From the NCBI GenBank assembly GCA_947467625.1, contig CANIJN010000002.1, positions 714 through 64,713 of the forward strand: DNA of 64,000 nucleotides, written 5' to 3'. The notes beneath the pieces were generated by a model. The model had not been told where the DNA came from and did not search any database. It worked only from the letters and a program-made list of their open reading frames with translations. The first letter of the stretch is position 1; every line of letters begins with the position of its first letter. Of this stretch, positions 45,897 through 55,129 are shown in pieces. Position numbers and translations under genes: made by a program. The stretch is from Opitutia bacterium. GTDB lineage: Bacteria > Verrucomicrobiota > Verrucomicrobiia > Opitutales > Opitutaceae.

Positions 45897-46730
45897 TTAT
45901 TTCAACTGAAGGGTTTCAACGTGGATGACGATTTCCTTGGAGTCGGGAGCGTTTTTGGCCGCACCGAAAACGACCACGGAATGGTTGGCGTAATTTTCAA
46001 TTTGGTCGGTTTGGAGGAGCTTGGAGACGTCCAAGTAAGCGTAACGTTTGCCCGCATCGTCGGTGAGTGCCCAATCGTAAGGGCGGCGCGGGGCGAACGG
46101 ACGACGCGTGGAGACAAACTTGCCTGCGAATTGGCGCGGGAGTGTGCTCGCGCCGCCGTCGCCAAGATTGAGTGTGGGGGCGGCGTGTCCGGGCGTTGCC
46201 ACACCATAAACTCCGGGCGAGACGGGGGGGGCTGACATCGGCGCACCGCCCGGTGGAGTTGGAGCCGTCGAGGCGCTGGCTGGCGTGCTCGGAAACGAGG
46301 GGATAGGCTCCGCCGAGCCCCCGACGAAGATATAGGCGGTGAGTTTTCGGTCGAGACGGATTTGCGTCCATTTCCCGTGCAGCCCCGTGAGTGTGCTCTG
46401 GTCGTCTTTCTGCGCAACGGTCAGCACCCCGCCATCGAGTTTGGGCGCCAAGTAGAGGTTGCTCCCTGGTTTTAAATCGAGGCCCTTCGTGAGGTCTTTG
46501 TTCTGCACATAGGCCTCAAAGGGCCCCGGCAGCTCGATGGCTAGCCAGCCAGCGGGTGTGCTGGCGACCGGATCGGCCGTTGCGGCGGGTTCCGTGCCCG
46601 CCTTCAGAAACGTGAAGGCAGGGGAGGACTGGTCCGGCTGGGTGTGGACGGCCGTGGTCTTGGTTAGTGGCGCGGCGAACGCTGCGGCAGTCGCGATCGA
46701 GGCGGCGAGCAGGAGCAGTTTAGTCTTCAT
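45897..46730 (-). CDS. Exported hypothetical protein
   Basis: 277 aa. It has a signal peptide ([19 protein letters not shown]|AP) and a Pro/Ser/Ala-rich linker ([30 protein letters not shown]) between two domains. No family was recognised. Confidence 0.6.
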   Translation of the reverse strand: MKTKLLLLAASIATAAAFAAPLTKTTAVHTQPDQSSPAFTFLKAGTEPAATADPVASTPAGWLAIELPGPFEAYVQNKDLTKGLDLKPGSNLYLAPKLDGGVLTVAQKDDQSTLTGLHGKWTQIRLDRKLTAYIFVGGSAEPIPSFPSTPASASTAPTPPGGAPMSAPPVSPGVYGVATPGHAAPTLNLGDGGASTLPRQFAGKFVSTRRPFAPRRPYDWALTDDAGKRYAYLDVSKLLQTDQIENYANHSVVVFGAAKNAPDSKEIVIHVETLQLK

Positions 46731-47535
46731 GAATGAGAGGAGTATCGCTGGGTTCGATGGTCGTAGCTTCGAGGGTGGCCCGCGGTGTACGTGGATTTTG
46801 AAACAGCAGTTCGATTTCCTTCGCGGAAAGTTTTTTCATCGCTCGGGTAGGGATTCCTTTCAAGGGAAACGCGCCAATCTGATAGCGGCGGAGGCGTTTT
46901 ACATCGTAGCCGAGCGTGGTGAAGAGGAGGCGGATTTCACGTTTCTTGCCGTGATGCATGTGTACGTCGAGATTCGTGGCCTCATTGCCCGCACCGGGAT
47001 GGATCAGCGCGGCCCGTTCGACTTTTAGCCGCTCGCCGTCAAACGTGATCCCCTTGATCAGCAGCGGGAGACGTTTCGATGGAAAGGGATTTTTCAGGAT
47101 GACGTGATAGCGTTTCGTGACGAGGTTCGAGGGATGGGTCAGGCGTTGGGCGAGATCACCGTCGGTGGTGAGAATGACGAGTCCTTCGCTATCCTTGTCG
47201 AGGCGACCGGCGCAAAAAAAACGATACTTGGCGAATTCCCGCGGCAGCACGGTGAAAACCGTATCGGGATTGTGTGGGTCGTCGTTGGTGCAAGCGAGGC
47301 CCCGGGGCTTGTTCATCGCTAGCGTCAAACGCGGCTGCACGGTGGAGCGAACATTTTTTCCGCTCGCGGTGATACGGTCGACGCCTGGCGTTACCTTTTG
47401 GCCGAGGGTGGCAACCACGCTGTTCACCCACACCTCTCCCTGCGCGATCAGAGCTTCGGCGGCTCGTCTCGAACAGAGGCCGGAATCGGCGAGGTATTTT
47501 TGCAGGCGGATAGGCTCGGTGGATGACATGGACAA
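46720..47535 (-). CDS. RluB/RsuA-family pseudouridine synthase
   Basis: S4 domain: IRLQKYLADSGLCSRRAAEALIAQGEVWVNS. Catalytic motif: GRLDKDSEGLVILTTDG. Confidence 0.85.
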   Translation of the reverse strand: MSMSSTEPIRLQKYLADSGLCSRRAAEALIAQGEVWVNSVVATLGQKVTPGVDRITASGKNVRSTVQPRLTLAMNKPRGLACTNDDPHNPDTVFTVLPREFAKYRFFCAGRLDKDSEGLVILTTDGDLAQRLTHPSNLVTKRYHVILKNPFPSKRLPLLIKGITFDGERLKVERAALIHPGAGNEATNLDVHMHHGKKREIRLLFTTLGYDVKRLRRYQIGAFPLKGIPTRAMKKLSAKEIELLFQNPRTPRATLEATTIEPSDTPLIHED

Positions 47536-47635
47536 AACGCAGTGGGCGGGAAATCAGTTCCGTCTGCAAGCCTGCGCACCGATTGAAAGTGGCTTGCGTG
47601 CCGGATCATCGCGGAGCTTCATCCGCGTCTCCTTT

Positions 47636-48805
47636 ATGTCCGCCACTGCCGACGCACCGACTTACTCCAAGGATCAACCGTTCTCGGCGAAAATCACCGA
47701 GAACCGGCTTCTCAATAAGCCCGGCTCCGCCAAGGAGACACGACATTTTGTTGTGAGTCTGACGGGGAGCGGCCTCCACTACACAGCAGGCGACTCGCTC
47801 GGCGTCTTCCCGACCAACCGGCAGAGCGAGGTAACGGAGATCTTGCAACGCCTCGGTGCGACCGGCGAGGAACTCGTCTCGCCCGCGATGCTCAAACTTT
47901 CGGCGCCCATTTCATTGCGCGAGGCGCTGTCGTCTCGCTTGGCCTTGGGTAATTTATCTCCCCGGATCATTGGCACCTTGGCGACGAAGGCGACCGACGC
48001 AGGTGAGCGCGCCGCGCTCGCGGGTCTGCTCGCGCCCGAGTCGAAGGAGGTGCTGGCTTCGTTCCTTGATGGCCGTGAATACGTCGACCTGTTGGCGGAG
48101 TTTCCGAGTGCCCAGCTCACCCCGCAAGAGTTTGTGGACCATTTGCGGAGGTTGATGCCGAGGCTCTACTCGATCGCCTCGTCGCCGAGAGTTCATCCCT
48201 CGGATGTCCACCTCACGGTCGCCGTGGTCCGCTACGAAACGAACCATCGTGAGCGGGTGGGCGTGTGTTCGACATTCCTGGCAGACCGGGTGCAACTAGG
48301 GACAACCCCGACGCCGGTGTTTGTGTCGCACTCTCATTTTTCGCCGCCAGAGGATGGCGCGAGGGATTGCATTATGGTCGGACCGGGCACCGGAATCGCG
48401 CCGTTTAGGGCGTTTGTGCAGGACCGCGTGGCGAGCGGTGCGACCGGGCGCAACTGGGTCTTCTTCGGCGACCAAAAGAGTGCGACCGACTACCTTTACG
48501 GAGAGGAATGGGATGCCTATGTAGCCCAAGGGCACGTGGCGCGTCTCGATCTGGCTTGGTCGCGCGACCAACTGCAGAAGGTCTATGTGCAGGATAAGAT
48601 CCGGGCCAACGCGGCCGAGCTGTGGACGTGGATCCAGGGTGGCGCACATTTTTACGTTTGCGGTGATGCGAAGCGCATGGCGAAGGATGTCGACGCCGCC
48701 TTACTCGAAACGATCGCGGAGCAAGGAAGCATGACGCCCGCGCTCGCGACCGACTACGTCAAGCAGTTGAAAAAGGATAAGCGCTATCAACGGGACGTGT
48801 ATTGA
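47636..48805 (+). CDS. CysJ/CPR-type FAD- and NADPH-binding reductase module (no flavodoxin domain)
   Basis: The track ORF 47117..48805 is trimmed to ATG 47636 because the upstream part overlaps the pseudouridine synthase gene on the other strand. Motifs: RLYSIASSP (FAD), MVGPGTGIAPFRAF (NADPH), C-terminal KRYQRDVY. Confidence 0.8.
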   Translation: MSATADAPTYSKDQPFSAKITENRLLNKPGSAKETRHFVVSLTGSGLHYTAGDSLGVFPTNRQSEVTEILQRLGATGEELVSPAMLKLSAPISLREALSSRLALGNLSPRIIGTLATKATDAGERAALAGLLAPESKEVLASFLDGREYVDLLAEFPSAQLTPQEFVDHLRRLMPRLYSIASSPRVHPSDVHLTVAVVRYETNHRERVGVCSTFLADRVQLGTTPTPVFVSHSHFSPPEDGARDCIMVGPGTGIAPFRAFVQDRVASGATGRNWVFFGDQKSATDYLYGEEWDAYVAQGHVARLDLAWSRDQLQKVYVQDKIRANAAELWTWIQGGAHFYVCGDAKRMAKDVDAALLETIAEQGSMTPALATDYVKQLKKDKRYQRDVY

Positions 48806-48875
48806 TCGAAGTTGACGATTGGCGGTTGCCGATTGGATTTTCCTTCGTTCCCTTCACTCGCGAATTAGAAAAAAT

Positions 48876-49625
48876 ATGCTCACCTTTAACAATCGCACTG
48901 CCCTGATTACGGGCGCCGGCCGAGGCATCGGCAAAGCCATCGCTGAAACGCTCGCCAAGCAAGGCGTGACCGTTATCTGCGTCTCGAAGTCAGCCGAATC
49001 CTGCGGTGCGACCGCCGCCGCGATCATTGCGGCGGGTGGCAAGGCGAAGGCTCTGGCCGTGGATGTGGCCGATGGCGCAGCCATCGCCAAGGCGTCGGAG
49101 GAGTTGCTGAAAGAGTTTCCCGCCATCGACATTCTCGTGAACAACGCCGGCATTACGCGTGATGGCTTGTTGTTTAGGATGAGTGAGTCTGATTGGAGCG
49201 ATGTCATTGGGACGAATCTCACGAGCTGTTTCCATTGGACGAAATTGATCGGTCGCCCGATGACGCGGGCCCGCTGGGGACGGATCGTCAATATCGCGTC
49301 CGTCAGCGGTATTATGGGCAACGCCGGCCAAGCCAACTATTCGGCCGCCAAAGCCGGGATGATTGGGTTGACCAAGACCCTCGCTCGCGAATTCGCTGGC
49401 CGCAGTGTGACGGTCAATGCAGTCGCTCCCGGATTCATCAAGACCGACATGACCACGGAGTTTGTGAACAACCCTGAAGTGTCGGCGAAAATCCTCGAAG
49501 CCGTGCCGCTCAAACGCTTCGGCGAAGCGGCGGACGTCGCGAATATCACGGCCTATCTTTGCTCCGAGGAAGCCGGCTATATTACCGGTCAGGTTTTTTC
49601 CATTGACGGCGGCATGGCGATGTGA
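48876..49625 (+). CDS. fabG: 3-oxoacyl-ACP reductase
   Basis: ALITGAGRGIGKAIAETLAKQG ... NNAGITRD ... YSAAKAG ... ITGQVFSIDGGMAM. The start is taken at ATG 48876 (MLTFNNRT). Confidence 0.9.
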   Translation: MLTFNNRTALITGAGRGIGKAIAETLAKQGVTVICVSKSAESCGATAAAIIAAGGKAKALAVDVADGAAIAKASEELLKEFPAIDILVNNAGITRDGLLFRMSESDWSDVIGTNLTSCFHWTKLIGRPMTRARWGRIVNIASVSGIMGNAGQANYSAAKAGMIGLTKTLAREFAGRSVTVNAVAPGFIKTDMTTEFVNNPEVSAKILEAVPLKRFGEAADVANITAYLCSEEAGYITGQVFSIDGGMAM

Positions 49626-49665
49626 ACCCTCCGCACATTAGCTTCTCCCTCTAAAATTTCCGAAA

Positions 49666-49929
49666 ATGGCTGACCAAAAAACCATCGAACAACGCGTCAA
49701 AGAGATCATTGTGAACCAGCTCAACGTTAACGAAGAGCAGATCACTCCGACCGCATCTTTCCTCGACGATCTCGGCGCTGACTCACTCGACACCGTCGAG
49801 TTGATTATGGCCTTTGAAGAAGAGTTTAAGGATGAAATTAAGGGAGAAATCCCCGAGGCCGATGCCGAGAAACTGCAGAATGTCGGACAAGTCATCGATT
49901 ACATCAAAGCCAAAGCTGGCGCTGCCTAA
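49666..49929 (+). CDS. acpP: Acyl carrier protein
   Basis: 87 aa. [20 protein letters not shown] contains the phosphopantetheine-attachment Ser. Confidence 0.95.
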   Translation: MADQKTIEQRVKEIIVNQLNVNEEQITPTASFLDDLGADSLDTVELIMAFEEEFKDEIKGEIPEADAEKLQNVGQVIDYIKAKAGAA

Positions 49930-49952
49930 TAGTTGACGTCTTCATTATCATT

Positions 49953-50004
49953 GGCGTTCTGCCCATTTCCGATTTGGAAATATCTGGCAGGACGCCTTTT
50001 TTTT
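49953..50004 (+). terminator. Hairpin plus T-run between acpP and fabF (terminator or attenuator)
   Basis: ggcgttctgcc ... ggcaggacgcc (10 of 11 bp) encloses an inner atttcc/ggaaat hairpin and is followed by tttttttt. Confidence 0.6.
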
Positions 50005-50032
50005 CTGAACCACCGAGTTTTCTTCGCTGAGT

Positions 50033-51292
50033 ATGGAAATGCGTTCGTCTTCACGCCGCGTCGTTGTCACGGGGCTCGGGGTAGTTGCCTCAATTGGTCA
50101 CACCGTGGAGGCTTTTTGGGAAAGCTTAGTGGCAGGCCGAGGGGGTATTCACCGGATATCGCTGTTTGATCCGAAGGACTTCGCCAGTCAGATTGGGGCG
50201 GAAGTGCGCGATTGGGATCCAGCCGACCACATGGATGCGAAGGAGGCGCGGCGTAACGACCGTTACACTCACTTCGGCTTCGTTGCCGCAAAACAGGCCG
50301 TGACCGACTCCGGTCTCGATATGACGCAAGAAGACGGGGACCGAGTGGGCGTGATTGTAGGGTCTGGTATTGGTGGTATGTATACGTACGAGTCACAGCT
50401 CAAAGTGCTCGCGGAACGTGGTCCCCGTAAAGTTTCGCCGTTCACGATACCCTCGCTCATTGGCAACATGTGCTCGGGGTTGGTCGCCATCGAGTATGGT
50501 GCGCGCGGTCCGAATTTCGGCGTCGTCTCTGCGTGTGCGACTGGGACCCACGCGCTGGGAGAGGCGGCTCACACGATTCGGCGCGGAGATGCCGATGTGA
50601 TGATCGCCGGGGGGAGCGAGGCAGCCATCACGCCGTTTGCCTACGCGAGTTTTTGCTCGATGAAGGCGATGAGCACGCGCAACGACACACCGGAGACGGC
50701 TTGCCGCCCGTTTGACCGAGGTCGGGACGGTTTCATCATGGGCGAGGGGGCCGGCGTGTTGGTACTCGAGTCGCTGGAGCACGCCCAAGCTCGGGGGGCC
50801 CGGATCTACTGTGAACTCGCAGGCTACGCCGCGACCTGTGATGCTTTCCATATCACCCAGCCCGATCCGGAGGGCAAGGGCTTGTCGATGGCGATGAAGC
50901 GAGCGCTCGCCAGCGCTGCGGTCACGCCTGAGCAGATTGATTACATCAACGCCCATGGGACGAGCACGCCCTACAACGATAAATTTGAGACGCTCGCCAT
51001 TAAGAAAGTATTCGGCGACCACGCGCGCAAGGTGCCCATCAGCTCGACCAAGTCGATGACGGGGCACCTCCTTGGTGCTGCCGGTGGAATCGAGTCCGTC
51101 ATTTGCGTGAAAACGATTCAGTCGCAACTCATCGCGCCGACGATCAATCTCGCGAATCCCGATCCAGACTGCGATCTCGATTACGTGCCGAATGTCGCCC
51201 GCGCCGCCAGAGTGCAAACGGTGTTGAGCAACAATCTCGGCTTCGGCGGGCAAAACGCCTCGGTGGTATTCCGAGCGCTCGAGGTGGGCTAG
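50033..51292 (+). CDS. fabF: Beta-ketoacyl-ACP synthase II
   Basis: RRVVVTGLGVVASIG ... VSACATGTHALGEA (active-site Cys) ... NAHGTSTPYND ... KSMTGHLLGAAGG ... SNNLGFGGQNASVVF. Confidence 0.92.
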   Translation: MEMRSSSRRVVVTGLGVVASIGHTVEAFWESLVAGRGGIHRISLFDPKDFASQIGAEVRDWDPADHMDAKEARRNDRYTHFGFVAAKQAVTDSGLDMTQEDGDRVGVIVGSGIGGMYTYESQLKVLAERGPRKVSPFTIPSLIGNMCSGLVAIEYGARGPNFGVVSACATGTHALGEAAHTIRRGDADVMIAGGSEAAITPFAYASFCSMKAMSTRNDTPETACRPFDRGRDGFIMGEGAGVLVLESLEHAQARGARIYCELAGYAATCDAFHITQPDPEGKGLSMAMKRALASAAVTPEQIDYINAHGTSTPYNDKFETLAIKKVFGDHARKVPISSTKSMTGHLLGAAGGIESVICVKTIQSQLIAPTINLANPDPDCDLDYVPNVARAARVQTVLSNNLGFGGQNASVVFRALEVG

Positions 51293-51325
51293 CAAGCGCT
51301 CCGGACGCTCGGTCCAAGTCGTGCG

Positions 51326-51356
51326 AAAAAAAGCCCGCAATCAGGTGATCGCGGGC
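51326..51356 (-). terminator. Rho-independent terminator after rpmB
   Basis: The minus strand reads gcccgcgatc-acct-gattgcgggc followed by ttttttt. Confidence 0.7.
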
Positions 51357-51377
51357 AACAGAGGAGGCCTACGAGGG

Positions 51378-51608
51378 CTAGGCTTTTTCGACGAGGCCCG
51401 CTTTAATGGCCTTAACGGATACCCAGACGCGCTTGGTACCGCCGTTGGCCGTCTTGATGCGAATGCGCTGAAGGTTGGGGCGGAACTTGCGCTTCGTGAT
51501 GCTCGTCACGTGCGTGCCGATGCCGCCGCTCTTTTTAGACTGACCCTTGCGGTTGATGATCGAGCCCTTGACGGGACGGCGACCGGTGATTGCACAGATT
51601 CTGGCCAT
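51378..51608 (-). CDS. rpmB: 50S ribosomal protein L28
   Basis: MARICAITGRRPVKGSIINRKGQSKKSGGIGTHVTSITKRKFRPNLQRIRI... Confidence 0.95.
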   Translation of the reverse strand: MARICAITGRRPVKGSIINRKGQSKKSGGIGTHVTSITKRKFRPNLQRIRIKTANGGTKRVWVSVKAIKAGLVEKA

Positions 51609-51678
51609 GATGGTTTCTAGTTGGTTAAAGGTTCAGAGATAAAAGTCGGGCAGTAGGCGAAGCAAGGGGAATTTTGGG

Positions 51679-52677
51679 TTATCGTAGCGCGTGGAGGACT
51701 TGGAACTTGTGGCCAAGGTGTGCCGGATGCAGGAGTTGAAGCAAGGAGAGCTTGCGCCGGCTAAGCCGTGCGGCGTCGGCGGTAGTCGTGGCGGCGATAT
51801 AATCGGCGGCATGGCGGATGAGAAACGTCTCCTGCGAGTCCAGCGTGGTTACGGGGAAGCCGTTAGCCTTTAGCGCCGCCGCTAGCCAGTCCCAGCAAAT
51901 GTGGCAGGTGAGATCTTGTTCGCCGGGGCGTCCCAAGAGGTCGTTTGACTGAGCGTGACGGTAGTAGGCCCGCAGCGTCCCAGCCGGGAAATTTTCCAAT
52001 AGATCGATTAAACTCTTGCCGTAGTCGAACGCCACGAAAAGCCCGGTCCAAGGTTGCTGGGCAATTTTCTCGGCCAGTGCGGTTGCGCCATGGGGTTGGT
52101 CGAATCGGTAGTGCTCGTTGCCAGCTGCGGGAGCGTTGGCATCGACCCCGTGTGGGGGAGGCAGCTCAACTTCGATAAAGTGGTCTGCCTCTAGGGCGAC
52201 ACCGACTTCCCGCCACACGCCATTGTGAAAGATGCTTCGCGTGCAGGGTTGAGCGTCGAAGAGTTCATTAGAGAACACGATGCACTCTCCGGTCAGGATG
52301 AGCGGTTCGCCGACCCGGAGCGTGCGCACTGCGGCAAAGGGGTGGGCTACGCCCGACAGAATGCAGTGATTGGGTTCCGCCCCGATTTCGACAAAGGTAT
52401 GGGTGCCCGGGTCGCGGCGGTCGAGGAGGTGTACGCACGCTGCGGCGACAAGTTCACCGAAAATCTGCCCGCTCGTGCTCGCGGTAAAAAAGTCTGTGCC
52501 GGCCGCGTAGCCGACCCGTGCTTGGTCTCGGCGGTAATAGCCGACCGTCGGGTGGTAGAGCGCGAGCTCCATGAAACGCGCGAAACTCATCGTGCCTGTC
52601 GTCCCTGCTTGGGCGCGAAAGCAGCTAATGAACTCGGGCGATGCGGGCGACGATGGTGGTGTGACTGACGAACCCAT
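51679..52677 (-). CDS. MidA/NDUFAF7-family SAM-dependent methyltransferase (DUF185)
   Basis: MSFARFMELALYHPTVGYYRR ... GTDFFTASTSGQIFGELVA ... FVEIGAEP. Confidence 0.8.
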   Translation of the reverse strand: MGSSVTPPSSPASPEFISCFRAQAGTTGTMSFARFMELALYHPTVGYYRRDQARVGYAAGTDFFTASTSGQIFGELVAAACVHLLDRRDPGTHTFVEIGAEPNHCILSGVAHPFAAVRTLRVGEPLILTGECIVFSNELFDAQPCTRSIFHNGVWREVGVALEADHFIEVELPPPHGVDANAPAAGNEHYRFDQPHGATALAEKIAQQPWTGLFVAFDYGKSLIDLLENFPAGTLRAYYRHAQSNDLLGRPGEQDLTCHICWDWLAAALKANGFPVTTLDSQETFLIRHAADYIAATTTADAARLSRRKLSLLQLLHPAHLGHKFQVLHALR

Positions 52678-52693
52678 TTACAAACTGAATCCG

Positions 52694-53998
52694 ATGCACA
52701 CACTCGGACTGATGTTCAAACGGATTCTCACGCTGACCGCTGGAGCGGTGTTCGGGGTCGCGCTCACGGTCGCCGGTGCGCGCGTCGCGACCGCGTGGAA
52801 TCTTTTCCCCAACCGCGACCTGAGTCGCTCGGCGAACTACGTGCGCGAAGTGATGCAGCTCGTGAGTGAACACTACGTTGATGCGAAGGCGGCGGCCTAC
52901 GACCAACTCGCCAAGTCGGCCCTGCATGGGATGGTCGAGTCGCTCGACCCGCATTCAGAGTTTCTTGATGTGAAGGAAAACCAAGAGTTCGAGGAGGACT
53001 TGGTGGGTGAGTTTGGTGGTATCGGGATTCAGGTGGAGACGCGTCAGGGTAAAGCCGTCGTCATTGCTCCGCTCGCGGGCACCCCGGGAGAGCGTGCGGG
53101 GATCCAACGTGGCGATGTTATTATCAGCATCGATGGAAAGACGGTGGAGATGAACTCAACGATGGATGGAGTTGTGAGTCGGCTGCGCGGAAAGCCGCAG
53201 ACGCGGGTATTGGTCGGTGTTTTCCGTCCCTCCACGAAGGCGACGATGGACCTGAACCTCGTGCGTGAGATCATCAAGATAGAGAGCGTGCGCGATGTGC
53301 ACGTCATCGGCGACGGAGTGGGCTACGTGCAATTGACGGAATTTTCCGAGCACACCGGCGAGCAGTTTGCCAAGGCGCTGGACCAATTGCTCAGAGCAGG
53401 CGCGACCAGTCTGGTGATTGACATGCGCAACAACCCCGGCGGCTTGCTGGACGCGGCGGTCGAAGTGGCCGAGCCGTTTTTCAAGAAAGGCGAGTTGATC
53501 GTCTCGACTCAGGGCCGAAAGGCGACCGACCGAGAGGACTACAAGGCCGAGCGGGAAGGCGACCCGTTGTCCGTGCCACTTGCGCTGCTGGTCAACGCCG
53601 GGAGCGCCAGCGCAGCCGAGGTGGTGACGGGTGCCCTGAAGGATACCGGACGGGCGGTGGTGGTGGGCGAGCGGTCGTTTGGCAAAGGATCGGTGCAGTC
53701 GGTCTTCAAGCTCAAGCACGGCGAAGGCCTGCGGCTCACCACCGCGCGATACTATACGCCCAGTGGCGTGAGCATTCACGAAAAAGGGATCGCGCCGCAC
53801 GTGGAGGTCGTGATGACGCCCGAAGAAGATCGAAAGCTGGGCCGTCAACGCGCGCGGCCTGATATTACCGACCCGCAGGAATTTAAGGAGTGCTTTGGAT
53901 TCGAACGGATCGAAGACCGTCAGTTACAGGCTGCACTCGATGTGCTCAAGGGGGTGCAATTGATCGAGATGCGTGCGCCGAGGGCTCGGGCATTATGA
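52694..53998 (+). CDS. Carboxy-terminal processing peptidase, family S41
   Basis: Start preferred at ATG 52694 (MHTLGLMFKRILTLTAGAVFGVAL, a TM/signal segment). PDZ domain: GGIGIQVETRQGKAVVIAPLAGTPGERAGIQRGDVIISIDG. Catalytic motifs: DMRNNPGGLL, LVNAGSASAAE and GKGSVQ. Confidence 0.85.
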   Translation: MHTLGLMFKRILTLTAGAVFGVALTVAGARVATAWNLFPNRDLSRSANYVREVMQLVSEHYVDAKAAAYDQLAKSALHGMVESLDPHSEFLDVKENQEFEEDLVGEFGGIGIQVETRQGKAVVIAPLAGTPGERAGIQRGDVIISIDGKTVEMNSTMDGVVSRLRGKPQTRVLVGVFRPSTKATMDLNLVREIIKIESVRDVHVIGDGVGYVQLTEFSEHTGEQFAKALDQLLRAGATSLVIDMRNNPGGLLDAAVEVAEPFFKKGELIVSTQGRKATDREDYKAEREGDPLSVPLALLVNAGSASAAEVVTGALKDTGRAVVVGERSFGKGSVQSVFKLKHGEGLRLTTARYYTPSGVSIHEKGIAPHVEVVMTPEEDRKLGRQRARPDITDPQEFKECFGFERIEDRQLQAALDVLKGVQLIEMRAPRARAL

Positions 53999-54060
53999 AC
54001 ACTCACGCTCGCGGCGCTGCCGGGCGATTTCTCCATGCGTCAATTATTACCTGAAAAAAA

Positions 54061-55125
54061 ATGCCGCCTGCCAACGGGGCGCAGCAAGTGATTCTCGCGC
54101 TGGAAAGCTCGTGTGACGAAACCGCCGTGGCGATCTTCGATCCGGCTAGCGGTTTGCTTGGAGAGTGGGTGCATAGTCAGATTGCACTGCACGAGAAACA
54201 CGGCGGCGTCGTGCCCGATCTCGCCACTCGAGAACATCTGCGGCATTTTGGGCCGCTGCTCGAACACGCACAGTGTGAGGTAGGATTTAGCGGCGTCGAT
54301 TTGGTCGCGGTGACGAATGGACCCGGACTGGCGGCCTGTTTGGCGATCGGTGTCGCGGCGGCCAAGTCATTGGCTCTGGCGAGACGTGTTCCGGTTGTAG
54401 GGGTAAATCACCTACGCGGGCACGTGTGGTCACCTTTCATTGGGTTACATGCAGAGGCTCCGGCTGATTTTGAGGCCCGCATGCAGTCATTGTTACCGCA
54501 TCTCGGACTCATTGTTTCGGGTGGCAATACGATGCTCTTCACGCTCGACGCCAAACGGGAGGTAAAAGTTCTTTCCTCCACGCGGGACGATGCGGCGGGC
54601 GAGGCGCTCGATAAAGGGGCCAAGTTGCTGGGACTCGGCTATCCGGGTGGACCCCTGATTGAAAAAATCGCCGAAGGTGGGAAAATTGACGCGTTTGATT
54701 TTCCACGGGGGATTGGGCGGCGCGATGAGTTGGATTTTAGTTTCTCCGGTTTGAAGACCAGCCTGCGCTATCTGCTCGAGAAAATGCCGCGGGCCGATGT
54801 ACAGGAACGTTTGCCCGACTTATGTGCGAGCTACCAGCAGGCGGTGGTGGATGCACTTGTGCGTAAGACTCGGGCAGCCTTGCGGCTGGACGCAGGCAAG
54901 TTTCGGAGCCTCGGATTGTCGGGCGGCGTCGCCAACAACCGCACGCTCCGAGCGGCGCTGACGTTTGAGGCCGCCCGGGTCGCGATTCCCTGCCTAGCGG
55001 CACAACCACGGCACACCGGAGATAACGCCGGGATGATCGCGTTCGCGGCGTGGGCGGACACCACGGGCATCGATCTTAACTCGAAGCTTGCGCTGGGTAT
55101 CGAGCCGAGCGCGGGATTGGCTTAA
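54061..55125 (+). CDS. tsaD: tRNA N6-adenosine threonylcarbamoyltransferase
   Basis: ILALESSCDETAVAIFD ... HEKHGGVVPDLATREH ... VNHLRGHV ... SGGNTMLF ... GLSGGVANN. Confidence 0.92.
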   Translation: MPPANGAQQVILALESSCDETAVAIFDPASGLLGEWVHSQIALHEKHGGVVPDLATREHLRHFGPLLEHAQCEVGFSGVDLVAVTNGPGLAACLAIGVAAAKSLALARRVPVVGVNHLRGHVWSPFIGLHAEAPADFEARMQSLLPHLGLIVSGGNTMLFTLDAKREVKVLSSTRDDAAGEALDKGAKLLGLGYPGGPLIEKIAEGGKIDAFDFPRGIGRRDELDFSFSGLKTSLRYLLEKMPRADVQERLPDLCASYQQAVVDALVRKTRAALRLDAGKFRSLGLSGGVANNRTLRAALTFEAARVAIPCLAAQPRHTGDNAGMIAFAAWADTTGIDLNSKLALGIEPSAGLA

Positions 55126-55129
55126 GGCA

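Noticed and set aside
47117-47635. N-terminal 173 codons of the 562-aa track ORF.
   Set aside because: They overlap the pseudouridine synthase gene on the opposite strand and show no flavodoxin or other motif. The family-typical N-terminus begins at ATG 47636.
52677-52694. The very short (16-bp) divergent spacer between the MidA-like and ctp genes, and the 4-bp convergent gap between tsaD and rpoN (55125/55130).
   Set aside because: These are probably just compact gene packing or start-codon uncertainty. Nothing further can be supported from the sequence.
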